Shown here one piece after another: positions 52,313 to 64,000 of a DNA stretch of 64,000 nt. The stretch comes from Eledone cirrhosa (Eukaryota). The notes under the pieces are model-generated. The model was not told where the DNA came from. It worked only from the letters and a program-made list of their open reading frames with translations, and searched no databases. The stretch's first letter is position 1; each line of letters starts with the position of its first letter. The stretch is taken from the NCBI GenBank assembly GCA_964016885.1, contig OZ024741.1, forward strand, positions 132,432,001 through 132,496,000. Direction: 5' to 3'. Both the position numbers and the translations under genes were made by a program.

Positions 52313-52638
52313 AATAATTATCAATTAATGCTATCGTGCAATGCTTGTGCGTGAAGATTTTTTTTTTTAAGTGAGGAAAGATTGTGCACTGAGCCAATCC
52401 CACTCTCTGAGCAACAGTAACTATAACCCGAAAATAAGAAAAGATCAACATCATCGGTAACTACTGAGCCGCAGGTTTTATGTCGGAGTTATCCTAATTT
52501 CCTGAGTTGCCTTCTCCTAGAAGAATGCCCTGACAAGGGCTAGGGGCCCTTCACTCCCAGTGGTTTAACCACGTGATCGAGTATCCAGCCCGATTATTTC
52601 TATGTCCCCGCGCATATACACAGACATGCAAACATGTG

Positions 52639-52682
<44 letters not shown>

Positions 52683-52928
52683 CATACACATGCATAGATA
52701 TATATACATATTTGCACATTTTCGGATGGCTGTTGACTCTTATTAGTTCTTCCGCCCTTTGTCAGGTTTTGTTTTTTGTGCTGCAGAGTGTCCAAAATCA
52801 CCCTCCTCACCAAGTAAACTTGGTGGGGTTGCCGGTTTAGTCGCCAACGACCCGACCATGTGAAAGGTTGTACTGGGTTACATGTTACCAGTAGCACTCA
52901 AGAGTGACCCGACATACATACATACACA

Positions 52929-54980
52929 TTCAGACTTGGAAAGAAAGGTGTTTGGGTGTGTGCTGGACAACTCCTAATTAACAAAATTGTGATTTCGGAG
53001 GTGCGACAACTTAGGAGGAATATAGCTACAGTCTGGCTTGACTTCAGGAAAGCATTTGATTCTGTTTCCCACTATTCGATGATAGAGGCCCACCGACTTG
53101 CTAAAGTCCCAGGCATTGTTATCAGAGCCATAGTGAAGATGTATTCTTCTTTGGCTACTATCCAAAAGTTAAAAATAGAGAAGGAAGACACTATTTTCAC
53201 TAATAAAATATCACAGGGGTATATTTCAAGGAGACAGTCTCTCTCTTTGCTACTATTTATCCTGTTATTAAACTCCTTGTCCTTTCTGCTCGAGAAATGT
53301 GAAGGATACATCATTGGCTCACAGAAGAACAGACATACGAACTTAACCCATTATTTTTTTGTGGATAACCTGAAACTCTATGAACATAAATGGAATGAAG
53401 AAAAATCTTAACCTGGTTATAACATTCTCAAATGATATAGAAATGGAGTGTGGCCAAGATTAATGTTCATATATGACTGTAAAGCGGGGTAAAACTACAA
53501 CCCCACTCTAGCAACATTTTCATCAATGGCCTAACTGTTTCACCAATATCTCACGAGGACTGCTACAGATATCTGGCGATAGATGAGAATATATCCTATA
53601 ATGGTATTGTAATAAGGTATGCGTAACCAAGGAATATTACACCCGATTAAGAAAAATATAGTCATCGGAATTCTCTGTGCACAATAAAACAGTGGTTCAC
53701 AATATGTTTGCTGTGCCTAACACCAACGTTTGGAATACTCGATTGGACGATAGACGAAATCTGAGCAATTGATGTTAAAACTCGAAAAATTCTAAACAAC
53801 ACCGGAAGCTTCCACATCAACAGTGTCATGGACGTCCTTTACTTGAAACGTAAGCAGGGAGGCAGAGGCCTAACATCAGTACAGATAACATTTGAGTGTT
53901 GTATCCTATCCCCCCGAAACACAAAGAATAGGAGCCCATCTATTGAGAAAGTCTATCTGCATGAGACAGATAAGATCATGAGAGTTGGAAATGAACTCCT
54001 TGAAAGATACTCCCGGCATGATAATGAAAAGCTCACACCCAGGGAAATTGCCCAGCAATACCGCAGCGAATCCATGGATGAAAAACTGCATGCTTATCAC
54101 CAAAACATTATGCATGGATATGCTGCCAGGAAGCTCCAGAGTGAGAGTAATATAGATAAGGAAAGTAGTCTATCTTGGACCAACAACCGCTATATTGGCT
54201 CCCACTTTGAAGGATACGCTTTTGCAATCCAAGAACAGGAAATCAACGCAAAATAACTGATTCACGAAAGAGATAGGGATGTAAGTGAAACACCTAGGTG
54301 TGACAACACGTGCAGACACTGTAGAATTAACATCGAAGATGTCACCCATGCCATAAGCATCTGTCTAAAGATGTCATCACGATACAATCTATCTATGAGG
54401 CATGATGTAGTGGCCAAAACACTGTACAATGCAATCCGTAGAAAAGATAGCCCCGACAATAAACATATCAACAGTTACAGCAATGGGGAAGACATATACA
54501 TACATAATATGAAAGAGTACTAGTAGAATATTCCAGTCAAAACCCCAATAAGATGCAAACATAACAGACCAGATATAGTGATATGGGACAGGGAAAAGAA
54601 GGCACAGTAGTGGAAATCAGTTGCCCAGCAAATGTTAATAAAATATTAAAGATTAGCAAAAGAAGAACACCTATGCAGAACTAATGAGGATTCTGCAAAT
54701 ACTCCATCCTGACTATGTCTTCAGATTTATACCTGTGATCATAGGAGCTCAGGGATATTTTTCTAAATCCCTTTGTACAAATCTTGAGAAGCTGAGCTTC
54801 TTAGAACCAGAAAGAACACGACTAGTTAGGAAATGACAAGTATAATCCATTAATGTAACTGTAAAAGTATGTAAAACATTTCAAAAATCCTGCATGTGAT
54901 AACTGCTTATACACATGTATAGATACAAAAAATATGCACGTGTAAACATATAACTCAAAACATACAGATCCATACATACA
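52929..54980 (+). mobile_element. 5'-truncated, frameshifted R4/Dong-like non-LTR retrotransposon (RT, CCHC, RLE), second subfamily
   Basis: Across frames: QLLINK..WLDFRKAFDSVSH, RGIFQGDSLS (53214-53243), THYFFVDNLKLY (degenerate YMDD box), DVLYLKRKQGGRGL, FEGYAFAIQEQEI, CRHC..EDVTHAISIC, RHD, HNRPDIVIWD..VVEISCP, KTFQKSCM* (~54899). Multiple stops and frameshifts. CATACATACATAC at the 5' junction and CATACATACA at the 3' end. Confidence 0.9.
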
Positions 54981-54993
54981 ATAACATCCATAG

Positions 54994-54995
<2 letters not shown>

Positions 54996-55082
<87 letters not shown>
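54996..55082 (+). repeat. (CA)n microsatellite
   Basis: Pure AC run. Confidence 0.95.
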
Positions 55083-55084
<2 letters not shown>

Positions 55085-55126
55085 CACATACATACGCGCG
55101 CGCATGCATGCAGACATACATACATA

Positions 55127-55248
55127 TCAAAATTTGCCGAACATTCTTACGATTCAAGGGATGACAATTTCTTTTCTTTTACAACCCTTCCACCAAGAAG
55201 GAGGCCGGTCAAAAATGTACTCAAAATTAAACTAAAAAAAAAAACCTT
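55127..55248 (+). mobile_element. ~120-bp 3' end of the same LINE subfamily as 50905-52040
   Basis: CAAAATTT..AACATTCTT.CGATTCAAGG.ATGA.AATTTCTTTTCTTTTACAACC..CCACCA.GAAGG.GGCCGGTCAAAAA matches 51925-52030. CATACATACA lies on both sides. Confidence 0.85.
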
Positions 55249-55571
55249 CATACATACATGTACATTACATTACAATGCCTTGCAGATGTGAAAGCTTCAT
55301 GTGGAGATGATGAAACACAAGATAACATCAAAGTGAAGATCATGTAAAACTCCTGTTAGCAGACATGACTAAATATACATATTTGTCGCTATCCTCAGTT
55401 ATGCACTAAACTAAATAACAGAATACAGACAGAAACCTGGAAATATTTAGTTTATCTTCAATTTAACGAGAGTACAAAAACAGTAATGACTGGTGCATTT
55501 GCATGCACTGCACACACACACATACACACATGTATACACACAAATACAAACACACACACACAAAAACACCT

Positions 55572-55652
<81 letters not shown>

Positions 55653-55804
55653 TATATATATATATGTGTGTGTGTGTGTCACGTGAGTATAAATATAGTT
55701 TACACTAAATTTATTTTACTTGCGTCCCCTATATATATATATATATAAACGGGAAAAAATGAAACGAAATTTCATTTCCCACTCTTAGTACGGCTGTTAA
55801 TTAA

Positions 55805-56437
<633 letters not shown>

Positions 56438-56438
<1 letters not shown>

Positions 56439-56501
56439 CATAACAATATTTGTTTCAACACACGATTTCAGATCAAACACCTTGCAAAACAAATTCATAT
56501 A

Positions 56502-56561
<60 letters not shown>

Positions 56562-56627
56562 AAGTAAAAGCGAAGAAGTTTCAGATGTTCAAAGTCTTGA
56601 ACATCTGAAACTACTTCGCTTTTACTT

Positions 56628-56693
<66 letters not shown>

Positions 56694-56757
56694 TATATGA
56701 ATTTGTTTTGCAAGGTGTTTGATCTGAAATCGTGTGTTGAAACAAATATTGTTATGT
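56438..56757. repeat. ~320-bp near-perfect palindrome with a 4-nt loop and a (TA)n tract in each arm
   Basis: Arms are 56438-56592 and 56597-56757. Centre is GATGTTCAA-AGTC-TTGAACATC. The arms differ by one substitution and by TA-tract length. Confidence 0.95.
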
Positions 56758-57383
56758 TTGGGGAGAGTCATATTGTTATAATATTGCCAGGAACAATAAT
56801 AGAACACACTCACTGTTTGGTTGGGGTTAGTTTTCGCTTCTGTATCTTTTATATCTTCATAGTTAATTTATCTGGTAACAACCATACCCAAACAAACTAT
56901 ACTGACCTAAGGGAAATATAAATAAATAAATATATATATATATACACAAGTACAATAACAACAAAAACACATAAACGCGCACTAGTGAACAAAGTTAGAA
57001 TACAAAAACACATACACTCAAACACGAACACACACACTCCAAACAGAAAACACACACGCAAACGCATACGTAAACAGAGACAGAAACAAGAATAAATAAA
57101 TAAAATAAAAATAGTGTAGACATACAATACAACGTGAGGAAACATAATAGTACCACTGATGATGTCACAAGTGTGTGATGAAAAAACTTTCATAGACTAT
57201 ATATATATATTTATATATATATATTTTTAACCGTTGATCAATCAATGATAAACATTGATTGCCAGATAAATTAATTATGGAGATATAAAATATACAGAAG
57301 CGAAAACCAACCCAAACCAAACAGTGAGTGTGTTCTATTATTTCTGGCAATATTATAACAATATGACCCCAAACATATCAATA
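56748..57383. repeat. inverted repeat, ~130-bp diverged arms (56748-56878 / 57259-57383)
   Basis: GTCATATTGTTATAATATTGCCAG..ATAATAGAACACACTCACTGTTTGGTT.GGGTT.GTTTTCGCTTCTGTAT..AATTTATCTGG and its reverse complement. Confidence 0.9.
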
Positions 57384-57543
57384 GATATATATATATGTGT
57401 GTGTGTGTGTGTGGGTGTGTGTGTGGAAACAATTAAAGCGTTAGGAGTTTCTTTGCAAATCACGTGTTTTAGGGAAAATAGGGTCTGAAAAATAACCAAA
57501 AGGTCAGCGAATTTCATTTTTCAAACCCTATTTTCACTACACA

Positions 57544-57649
<106 letters not shown>

Positions 57650-58196
57650 TTTTTAGTTACTTCTATTGACTGTTTAATAGCTCTGTTATATTTAACCATT
57701 CTGTCGAGAGCTTTATTCGATTTGTGATATTTTGCATTCTCGCAATATTATACACAACTGAATCATTCGCTTAATAGAGGTGTTGCCTCCCTTGCTGAAT
57801 CCCACGTGGGGTCAGTAATAGCCACACTATCTATAGCATCTTGGAGCAAAACCCGTTGATAACACGACTTCCTTGTTCATCATCTCACCAGAAGCCCAAC
57901 ATTCTTTATGTAGGCGGACAGTACCTGATTTTTGAGTCGCAGAAACCAATGCTGGATTTTACCATCAGTCCAGGGTCCGGGAAAGTATCAACACATATAT
58001 TTTTATTGTTTGACCCGAATTACTTGGTCGTTTGTTTTGGCTGTGCGGATGATATGTTTAACCATCATCTCAGTGTGTTTGGCCCTTAACGTATGTTGTA
58101 GCTCTGATTCACATGAATCATCGAGCGCTTGCCACACATATCGGACGTTGATTTTCGTTAATTCCTGAGCTGAAAACGATTCTCGCTAATTTATAT

Positions 58197-59183
58197 TTAT
58201 ATATATATAATGAAAAATTTGAACAGGGACAGAACAGAGAGGCAGTACAATAAATGTTTATTAAATTCACGCTCAGGAGAGTGGGGGTAGGTGGGGGACG
58301 AGAGTGGGGGGTAGGTGGGGGACGACGTTTCGGGCATAAGCCCTTCTTCAGGTGAGAAGTGTGTGGGAACAGAGTTCAAAAGGTGTGTAGGGGAGTGGTG
58401 GAGAGACATATAGCGAAAGGAAACGGTGCGAATGAAAAATTAACAAATAAAGACAAAAAATATAATAAATAAAAATAAAGCATGATCAAAATACAAGGAA
58501 TGAGAAAATTTTAAAATAAAGGCATGATCAAAATAAACTGAAATTAAAAGGGGGGTAAACAGGTGGTGGAAGGGTGTGGGGTGAGTAGGGATGGTGGCGG
58601 GTGGAGTGGGGAGAGGGAGACGGGGTGTCCGAGCGGGGAGGGCTGAAGGTGGTGTGTGTGGTTAGGTGTGCGTGTGTGTGTGTGTGTGTATGTGAAAGTG
58701 AGGGTTGGGGGAAGAACGGGGTTGAATGTTCAGGAAGAGGTGTGTGGGGGGGGGGTCGGAGTGTCTGTGCGTGTGTGGATAGGGGGGGGGAAGAGGAATC
58801 AGGAGGCTGAGGGTGTAAATATGTGGTGGGAAGCACGTGTGTGTGGTTTAAGCGTGTTGTGGGTGTGAGTGGCGTGTGGAGAAAAAAAATGTTTGGGGGT
58901 GTGTGTGTGGGTGAGTTATATAGGTGATGGCGTAAGAGGACGGTTGATAAGTTGGTAATTTCCACCGATGTTTGGAGATTTGGTTAGAAGTCAATTTCGC
59001 GTGTGGGTAATCCAAGAAGCGGTGGTCGGAAGAGGAGAGATGTGGGGTGCGCGCGCAACAGAAAGTGGTCAGCAGTGGGAGTGCTGTGGTCAGTTGGTGC
59101 TGAGAGGTGGTCGGAAGGGCATAGCAGCAGTCGGTGGAATGGTAGGGAGGCGAGGATGGGTAGGTGTGAGAGTTGGAGTGAGG

Positions 59184-59232
<49 letters not shown>

Positions 59233-59880
59233 TAGTAGGGGTGTTAGTGGGATGAGTGAGTGTGGAGCGGGGGTGTGGGTGGAACAGGGAGAGAAGGGTG
59301 TGTGCGGTTCTATGGAGGGAGTGTGGTGTACTGGTGTGTGTATAGTTTGGTGAAGAGGTGTTAGTGGGTGTTAGTATACGGGAGGTGGGGAGGGGTGGAA
59401 AGCAGGTGTGAGTGGGGGTTAGTGGTGGTAGGGTGTGTAGAGTTGGTGGTACGAGGGTGTGTGGGTACGTGTGCGTGGGGTTGGGGGGTGTTAGTGATGT
59501 TAGTTGCGTGTGGGGTGGGTGGTGTAAGTGGGTGCGTGTGTGCGTGTGATAAGGAGGGGGGAGGAGGAGAAGAGGGGAGGGAAGGGATGTTAGTATGTTA
59601 GTTGGGGAAGGGTGGTCAGATGAGGGGTGGAGTGGAGGTGTTAGTATTGTTAGTGTGGGGTGGGCGGTGAAAAGGAGGGGTGTGTTAGTGGTGTTAGTGG
59701 GGGATAAGTGTGGGGGGAGGGGGGCGGTCGAACGCTAAATGAATAAGGGTGGGGAGTTCAGGCCGGGGGGAGTGTGGGTCTGTAAGATGAAGATAGTGCG
59801 TTGTTCGACCGTAAGGCGATGGGCGGGTGTTCCGTGGCACTGGAGTAGGCCACAGACTGTGAGATGGCGTAATTTAAGGT
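58197..59880 (-). mobile_element. possible degenerate or non-autonomous Penelope-like element (low-complexity body, hammerhead-like core, AATAAA, ends in TA)
   Basis: On the minus strand: a C/A-rich body, then CCTGAAGAAGGGCTTATGCCCGAAACGTCG, then AATAAA (58256-58261), then TATATATA. No RT or GIY-YIG motif is visible, so the class is inferred. The 5' boundary is approximate. Confidence 0.4.
58321..58353 (-). ncRNA. minimal hammerhead-ribozyme-like core
   Basis: CUGAAGA-A-GGGC(UUAU)GCCC-GAAA-CGUCGUC: both catalytic boxes and a 4-bp stem II. Stem III is minimal and stem I pairing is not evident. Confidence 0.55.
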
Positions 59881-59967
59881 ATCACTACATATAATATGTA
59901 TCATGCTTATGTTTCTCAGTAGAAAGAGCCATATATCGTTTGAGAAACAGTACTTTGTACATATATA

Positions 59968-60162
59968 AAGCACAAAATATTTAGGAAAGCATACGTACTT
60001 TAAGGTGGAAAAGTTCAACTTTCCTTATGGTACCATTTCATGGTTCGTAGACCGTAACAAAAGTCGATCTAAGTAATCGCTCATCGATCACCAACTATCG
60101 ATTTGGGGGCGATGTAATAAAATAAACTGATGTTGAATATGTGAAACCATCGCTCGTCCTTT

Positions 60163-60240
<78 letters not shown>

Positions 60241-60255
60241 TATATACATATATAA

Positions 60256-60354
<99 letters not shown>

Positions 60355-60366
60355 CAGACAGAGAGG

Positions 60367-60452
<86 letters not shown>

Positions 60453-60639
60453 CGAGCGATGGTTTCACATATTCAACATCAGTTTATTTTATTACATCGC
60501 CCCAAAATCGATAGTTGGTGATCGATGATCGATTGCTTAGATCGACTTTTGTTACGGTCTACGAACCATGAAATGGTACCATAAGGAAAGTTGAACTTTT
60601 CCACCTTAAAGTACGTATGCTTTCTTAAATATTTTGTGC

Positions 60640-60641
<2 letters not shown>
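59968..60641. repeat. ~670-bp palindrome: ~200-bp unique arms around (CT)n-(TA)n-(GA)n
   Basis: AAGCACAAAATATTTA..GTGAAACCATCGCTCGTCCTTTT (59968-60163) against AAAAGGACGAGCGATGGTTTCAC..TAAATATTTTGTGCTT (60446-60641), with only a few mismatches. Confidence 0.95.

Positions 60642-60642
<1 letters not shown>

Positions 60643-60714
<72 letters not shown>
60643..60714 (+). repeat. (TA)n microsatellite between two palindromes
   Basis: Pure TA run. Confidence 0.95.
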
Positions 60715-60717
<3 letters not shown>

Positions 60718-60982
60718 ATAAGAAACGGAGAATCAGTGGTGCGACGAATTAGAATTTATTAGACATATTACAATCGTATCTCTGGCGACCAGCTCGACGC
60801 ACGATCGATGCGAGGATCGAACCTGACTCTGAAATCGCAAGCTGGTCGCCAGAGATACGATTGTAATATGTCTAATAAATACTAATTCGTCGCACCACTG
60901 ATTCTCCGTTTCTTATGTGATATTATACTCTGCTTTGTAAGATCATCGAGTGCTCAAACGGCCTACCGCATACATCCCACAC

Positions 60983-61030
<48 letters not shown>

Positions 61031-61125
61031 GTGTGGGATGCTTAAAGCGTCTGTATGCGGTAGGCCATTTGAGCACTCGATGATCTTACAAAGCAGAGTA
61101 TAATATCACATAAGAAACGGAGAAT
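60711..61125. repeat. two overlapping inverted repeats (60711-60794/60840-60923 and 60901-60986/61027-61125)
   Basis: ATATCACATAAGAAACGGAGAAT occurs three times in +,-,+ orientation. The first loop (45 nt) contains GGATCGAACC. The second loop is (TA)n. Confidence 0.95.
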
Positions 61126-61253
61126 TAGCCGTCGAAACGGCTTGAGCTCAGCCGTCGGGGTCCTACTCGTTCCTATTACCCACTCTACTACCCTAAGTAT
61201 TGAGTACTTTGGTGCGTTATGGTCCACCTGGTTCCTTACCACATTTCCTTCGT

Positions 61254-61288
<35 letters not shown>

Positions 61289-61302
61289 ATATATATTTAT
61301 TA

Positions 61303-61344
<42 letters not shown>

Positions 61345-61459
61345 AAATATATGTATATATATATATATTTATATAAGTTTATCCCGTGTTCAATCGGGGG
61401 CAACCACAGTAAGTATGGTACTCAATACAAAGCAGAGTATAAATAAATATGTAGAAGCC

Positions 61460-61501
<42 letters not shown>

Positions 61502-61710
61502 TATAGATATATGTAAAATCTCGACCACTTGGCGCCGTGGTCTGGATTTTACATATGTTTATACCCACTCTACATCTCCCCTTGTATCGAGTACTCCCAT
61601 GATTAGTCGTCTCTTCGGTTTCAGCACCACAGACTCTATCTATATAAATTATGCCCATAAAGCTATACAAGTGATTCAACTGACTATTAATCCGTCTACC
61701 AATCTGTCGC

Positions 61711-61816
61711 TCGATGTATCAATATATTTTTCTATATGCCTATCATTCTATTTATGTGACTATCGATGTATCAATATATTTGTCTATATGCCTATCATTC
61801 TATTTATGTGACTATC
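61711..61816 (+). repeat. 52-bp tandem direct duplication
   Basis: TCGATGTATCAATATATTT[T/G]TCTATATGCCTATCATTCTATTTATGTGACTA at 61711 and 61763. Confidence 0.9.
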
Positions 61817-62354
61817 TTGTTATTGTAGTTTGGGGATTTCAATTGTTATTTGTTATTTTATTAATAGTTTTATTTTCATATACCTGTATGTAAACTCCCC
61901 ATTTGTATTTTACCCCTTCTTTTGTGCCCTTGTGACTAAGAAAGAAATTGATCTAGTTATTGTAGTTGATTCTATTGTTGTTATTGTGCCACTGACTAGC
62001 GATATTTACAAACATACTAATCTGACGAAGCTTTAGAGAAACAGAAAGGATAAAAAAGACATCTTTCAAAAAGATGCTGTATTTGGGTTTTTCTCTAAAA
62101 CTGTTGAGATAAAAAATATATAGAGAGAAATGGTTGAAACTGTCTGAGTTGTTCTTTCGCTTATTCATTCAGATATTTCTTCGGCATTCTTGCATTTTCT
62201 AAATTCCAAAATTGTCATTTATAATTCTGTCACAAAACAGTTAATGTCTGTGCTTAAATGATCTATACCCTATATTTATTATTTTTTATTTATTTATTCA
62301 TGTTTTATTTATCTATTTTCAAGCTAACTTGCAGCATCCTGTTATTTACATATA

Positions 62355-62432
62355 TTGGGTCGTCAAGTATGAAATTTGTAGTGACGCATTAACAAAAAAA
62401 AATTTCTACAACTTTCATACTTGACGACCCAG
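62355..62432. mobile_element. 78-bp Tc1/mariner-type MITE or internally deleted element
   Basis: TA|TTGGGTCGTCAAGTATGAAATTTGTAG ... CTACAACTTTCATACTTGACGACCCAG|TA: ~27-bp terminal inverted repeats with TA on each side. Confidence 0.65.
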
Positions 62433-62767
62433 TACAAATGTACACACATATGTCTATTCACAACTTTAAAAAAAAATCTCGACATGAAGATTGATAGACA
62501 ATGTGTTTTGTTTTTTTATTTTCCTAATACGGTTAGAAAATATGTATGAGTGTTGATCGTAGATGATTATATACATTTATACATTTTACATATTTTATAC
62601 TTAAGAATCATTATTCGTCTTTAGTAAGATAGTTGATAAAAAAAAAAACGTTAGGGTAGTTGGAATAACATTAAGTTTCGAAACTGAAATTTGTTTCGTT
62701 TAGAAGAATAATGTAAAATGTTTTGCAGTGCATTTAAGGAAACCAGCAATATTTATTCGATGCCATT

Positions 62768-62877
62768 ATCCCGCCGAGGTTAACTTTGCCTTTCATCCTT
62801 ACGGGGTCGATAAAATAAAGTACCAGTAATGCACTGAGTAATTGCTGGCCTTGTGCCAAAAAGTAGAAACAATTATT
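62768..62877 (+). mobile_element. 5'-truncated SINE copy
   Basis: ATCCCGCCGAGGTTAACTTTGCCTTTCATCCTTACGGGGTCGATAAAATAAAGTACCAGT..GAAACAATTATT, nearly identical to 52204-52312. Confidence 0.88.
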
Positions 62878-62887
62878 TCACTTATTC

Positions 62888-63079
62888 TAGTGCGTCGGAC
62901 AATATGCTTTGAAGCATATAGTTACGTCCTTTTACGTTCTGAGTCCAATCCTGCCGAGGTTAGCTTTGGTTTTTCTTACGGGGTCGATAAAATAAAGTAC
63001 CAGTAATGCACTGGAGTTGATTTAATCGACTTTCCCCTCTCCAAAATTGTTGGCCTTGTTTCTAAATCAGAAACCATTA
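62888..63079 (+). mobile_element. SINE copy directly downstream of the previous one
   Basis: TAGTGCGTCGGAC..GTTCTGAGTCCAATCCTGCCGAGGTTAGCTTTG..GGGTCGATAAAATAAAGTACCAGT..TAAATCAGAAACCATTA. Confidence 0.82.
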
Positions 63080-63390
63080 GTTCACTCATTATAATTCATC
63101 CATCCCTATAGAGGAAGGTTGAAGGGTATTGTCAAAGTCGAGGATGCCTGGGGGATGCCATTTACGTATATAGTTCAATAGATACGAGACATTTAAAAGA
63201 GTTGTACAGACAAGCAAAATTATCTCGAATTACAGATTTAGATATTCCATATATGAAAATGAATGCATAATGAGTTAACGTATACATAAAAATATGTAAC
63301 GCATGTATGTGTATACATACCATTATGAATATGTCATCTCTCTTTCTCTTTCCCCCCATCTCTCATTCTCTCTGTTTCTCCCTTCCCCAT

Positions 63391-63402
63391 CTCTCTCTCC
63401 CT

Positions 63403-63478
<76 letters not shown>

Positions 63479-63528
63479 ATATCTATGAAACTAATAACAC
63501 TGCTTTTTTTCCATCTCTGTGTTTGCCT

Positions 63529-63610
<82 letters not shown>
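63391..63610 (+). repeat. (CT)n/(CTAT)n and (TA)n microsatellites
   Basis: CT/CTAT runs at ~63391-63474 and a TA run at ~63534-63610. Confidence 0.9.
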
Positions 63611-63612
<2 letters not shown>

Positions 63613-64000
63613 AATACCATACAAAAAATATACAAACACCCACATACTCATATATATATATATTTACATCTATTATGATTAAAAGTTTAACAAGGTTCAA
63701 TGAATTAATCAATGAATAAAGTTTTACAATAGATTAGAAGCACTCTACAGTGAGGTTTTCTGGAGTTATTAATATTACTTCAAAATATTAATAAATGTAG
63801 ACATTCATGTGATCAAATATATTTTATTATACATATTTCAGAGGTACTGAGCTATTTCAACAGTACGTCCTCATCAGATAAAATAAATTGATGTCTGATA
63901 TACCTTGACTGTGTTGATGGTTATAATTCAGTCATGGCAGTGATTAGTTATGACAAAACTCAATATTTATATACCTTAAGTTGAAACATGAAAAATTACA

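Noticed and set aside
52360-52910. Possible RTE-related repeat (TTGCCTTCTCCTAG..CAAGGGCTA; GGGGTTGCCGGTTT)
   Set aside because: Only a vague resemblance from memory, with no second copy or coding motif in the window to support boundaries.
57660-58190. Moderate-complexity segment with 78-82 aa ORFs as an exon or transposase fragment
   Set aside because: No recognisable motif in any frame I read.
59240-59700. Interstitial telomeric repeats
   Set aside because: The motif is dispersed GTGTTAGTG, not tandem TTAGGG.

Overview
Eukaryotic, AT-rich, microsatellite-rich DNA. The SINE family resembles octopus tRNA-derived SINEs (recognised from memory, not a database hit). Bases 1-~44806 are one uninterrupted tandem array of a 54-bp unit (consensus CTAGATAATTCAGTTAAACAAGCCACACTGAGGCTATGGWCTGACGTCTTTTTA, ~830 copies, running off the left edge). 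The array has many substitutions, irregular higher-order duplications and no visible indel. All giant 18-aa-repeat ORFs in the track come from it and are probably not genes. The remaining ~19 kb contains no convincing host gene. It holds three 5'-truncated R4/Dong-like (restriction-like endonuclease) non-LTR retrotransposon fragments, each next to CATA repeats; several SINE copies; a probable Penelope-like element end with a hammerhead-like core; a 78-bp Tc1/mariner-type MITE; and a dense series of chained fold-back (inverted) duplications around (TA)n tracts at 55.7-57.6 kb and 59.9-61.1 kb.
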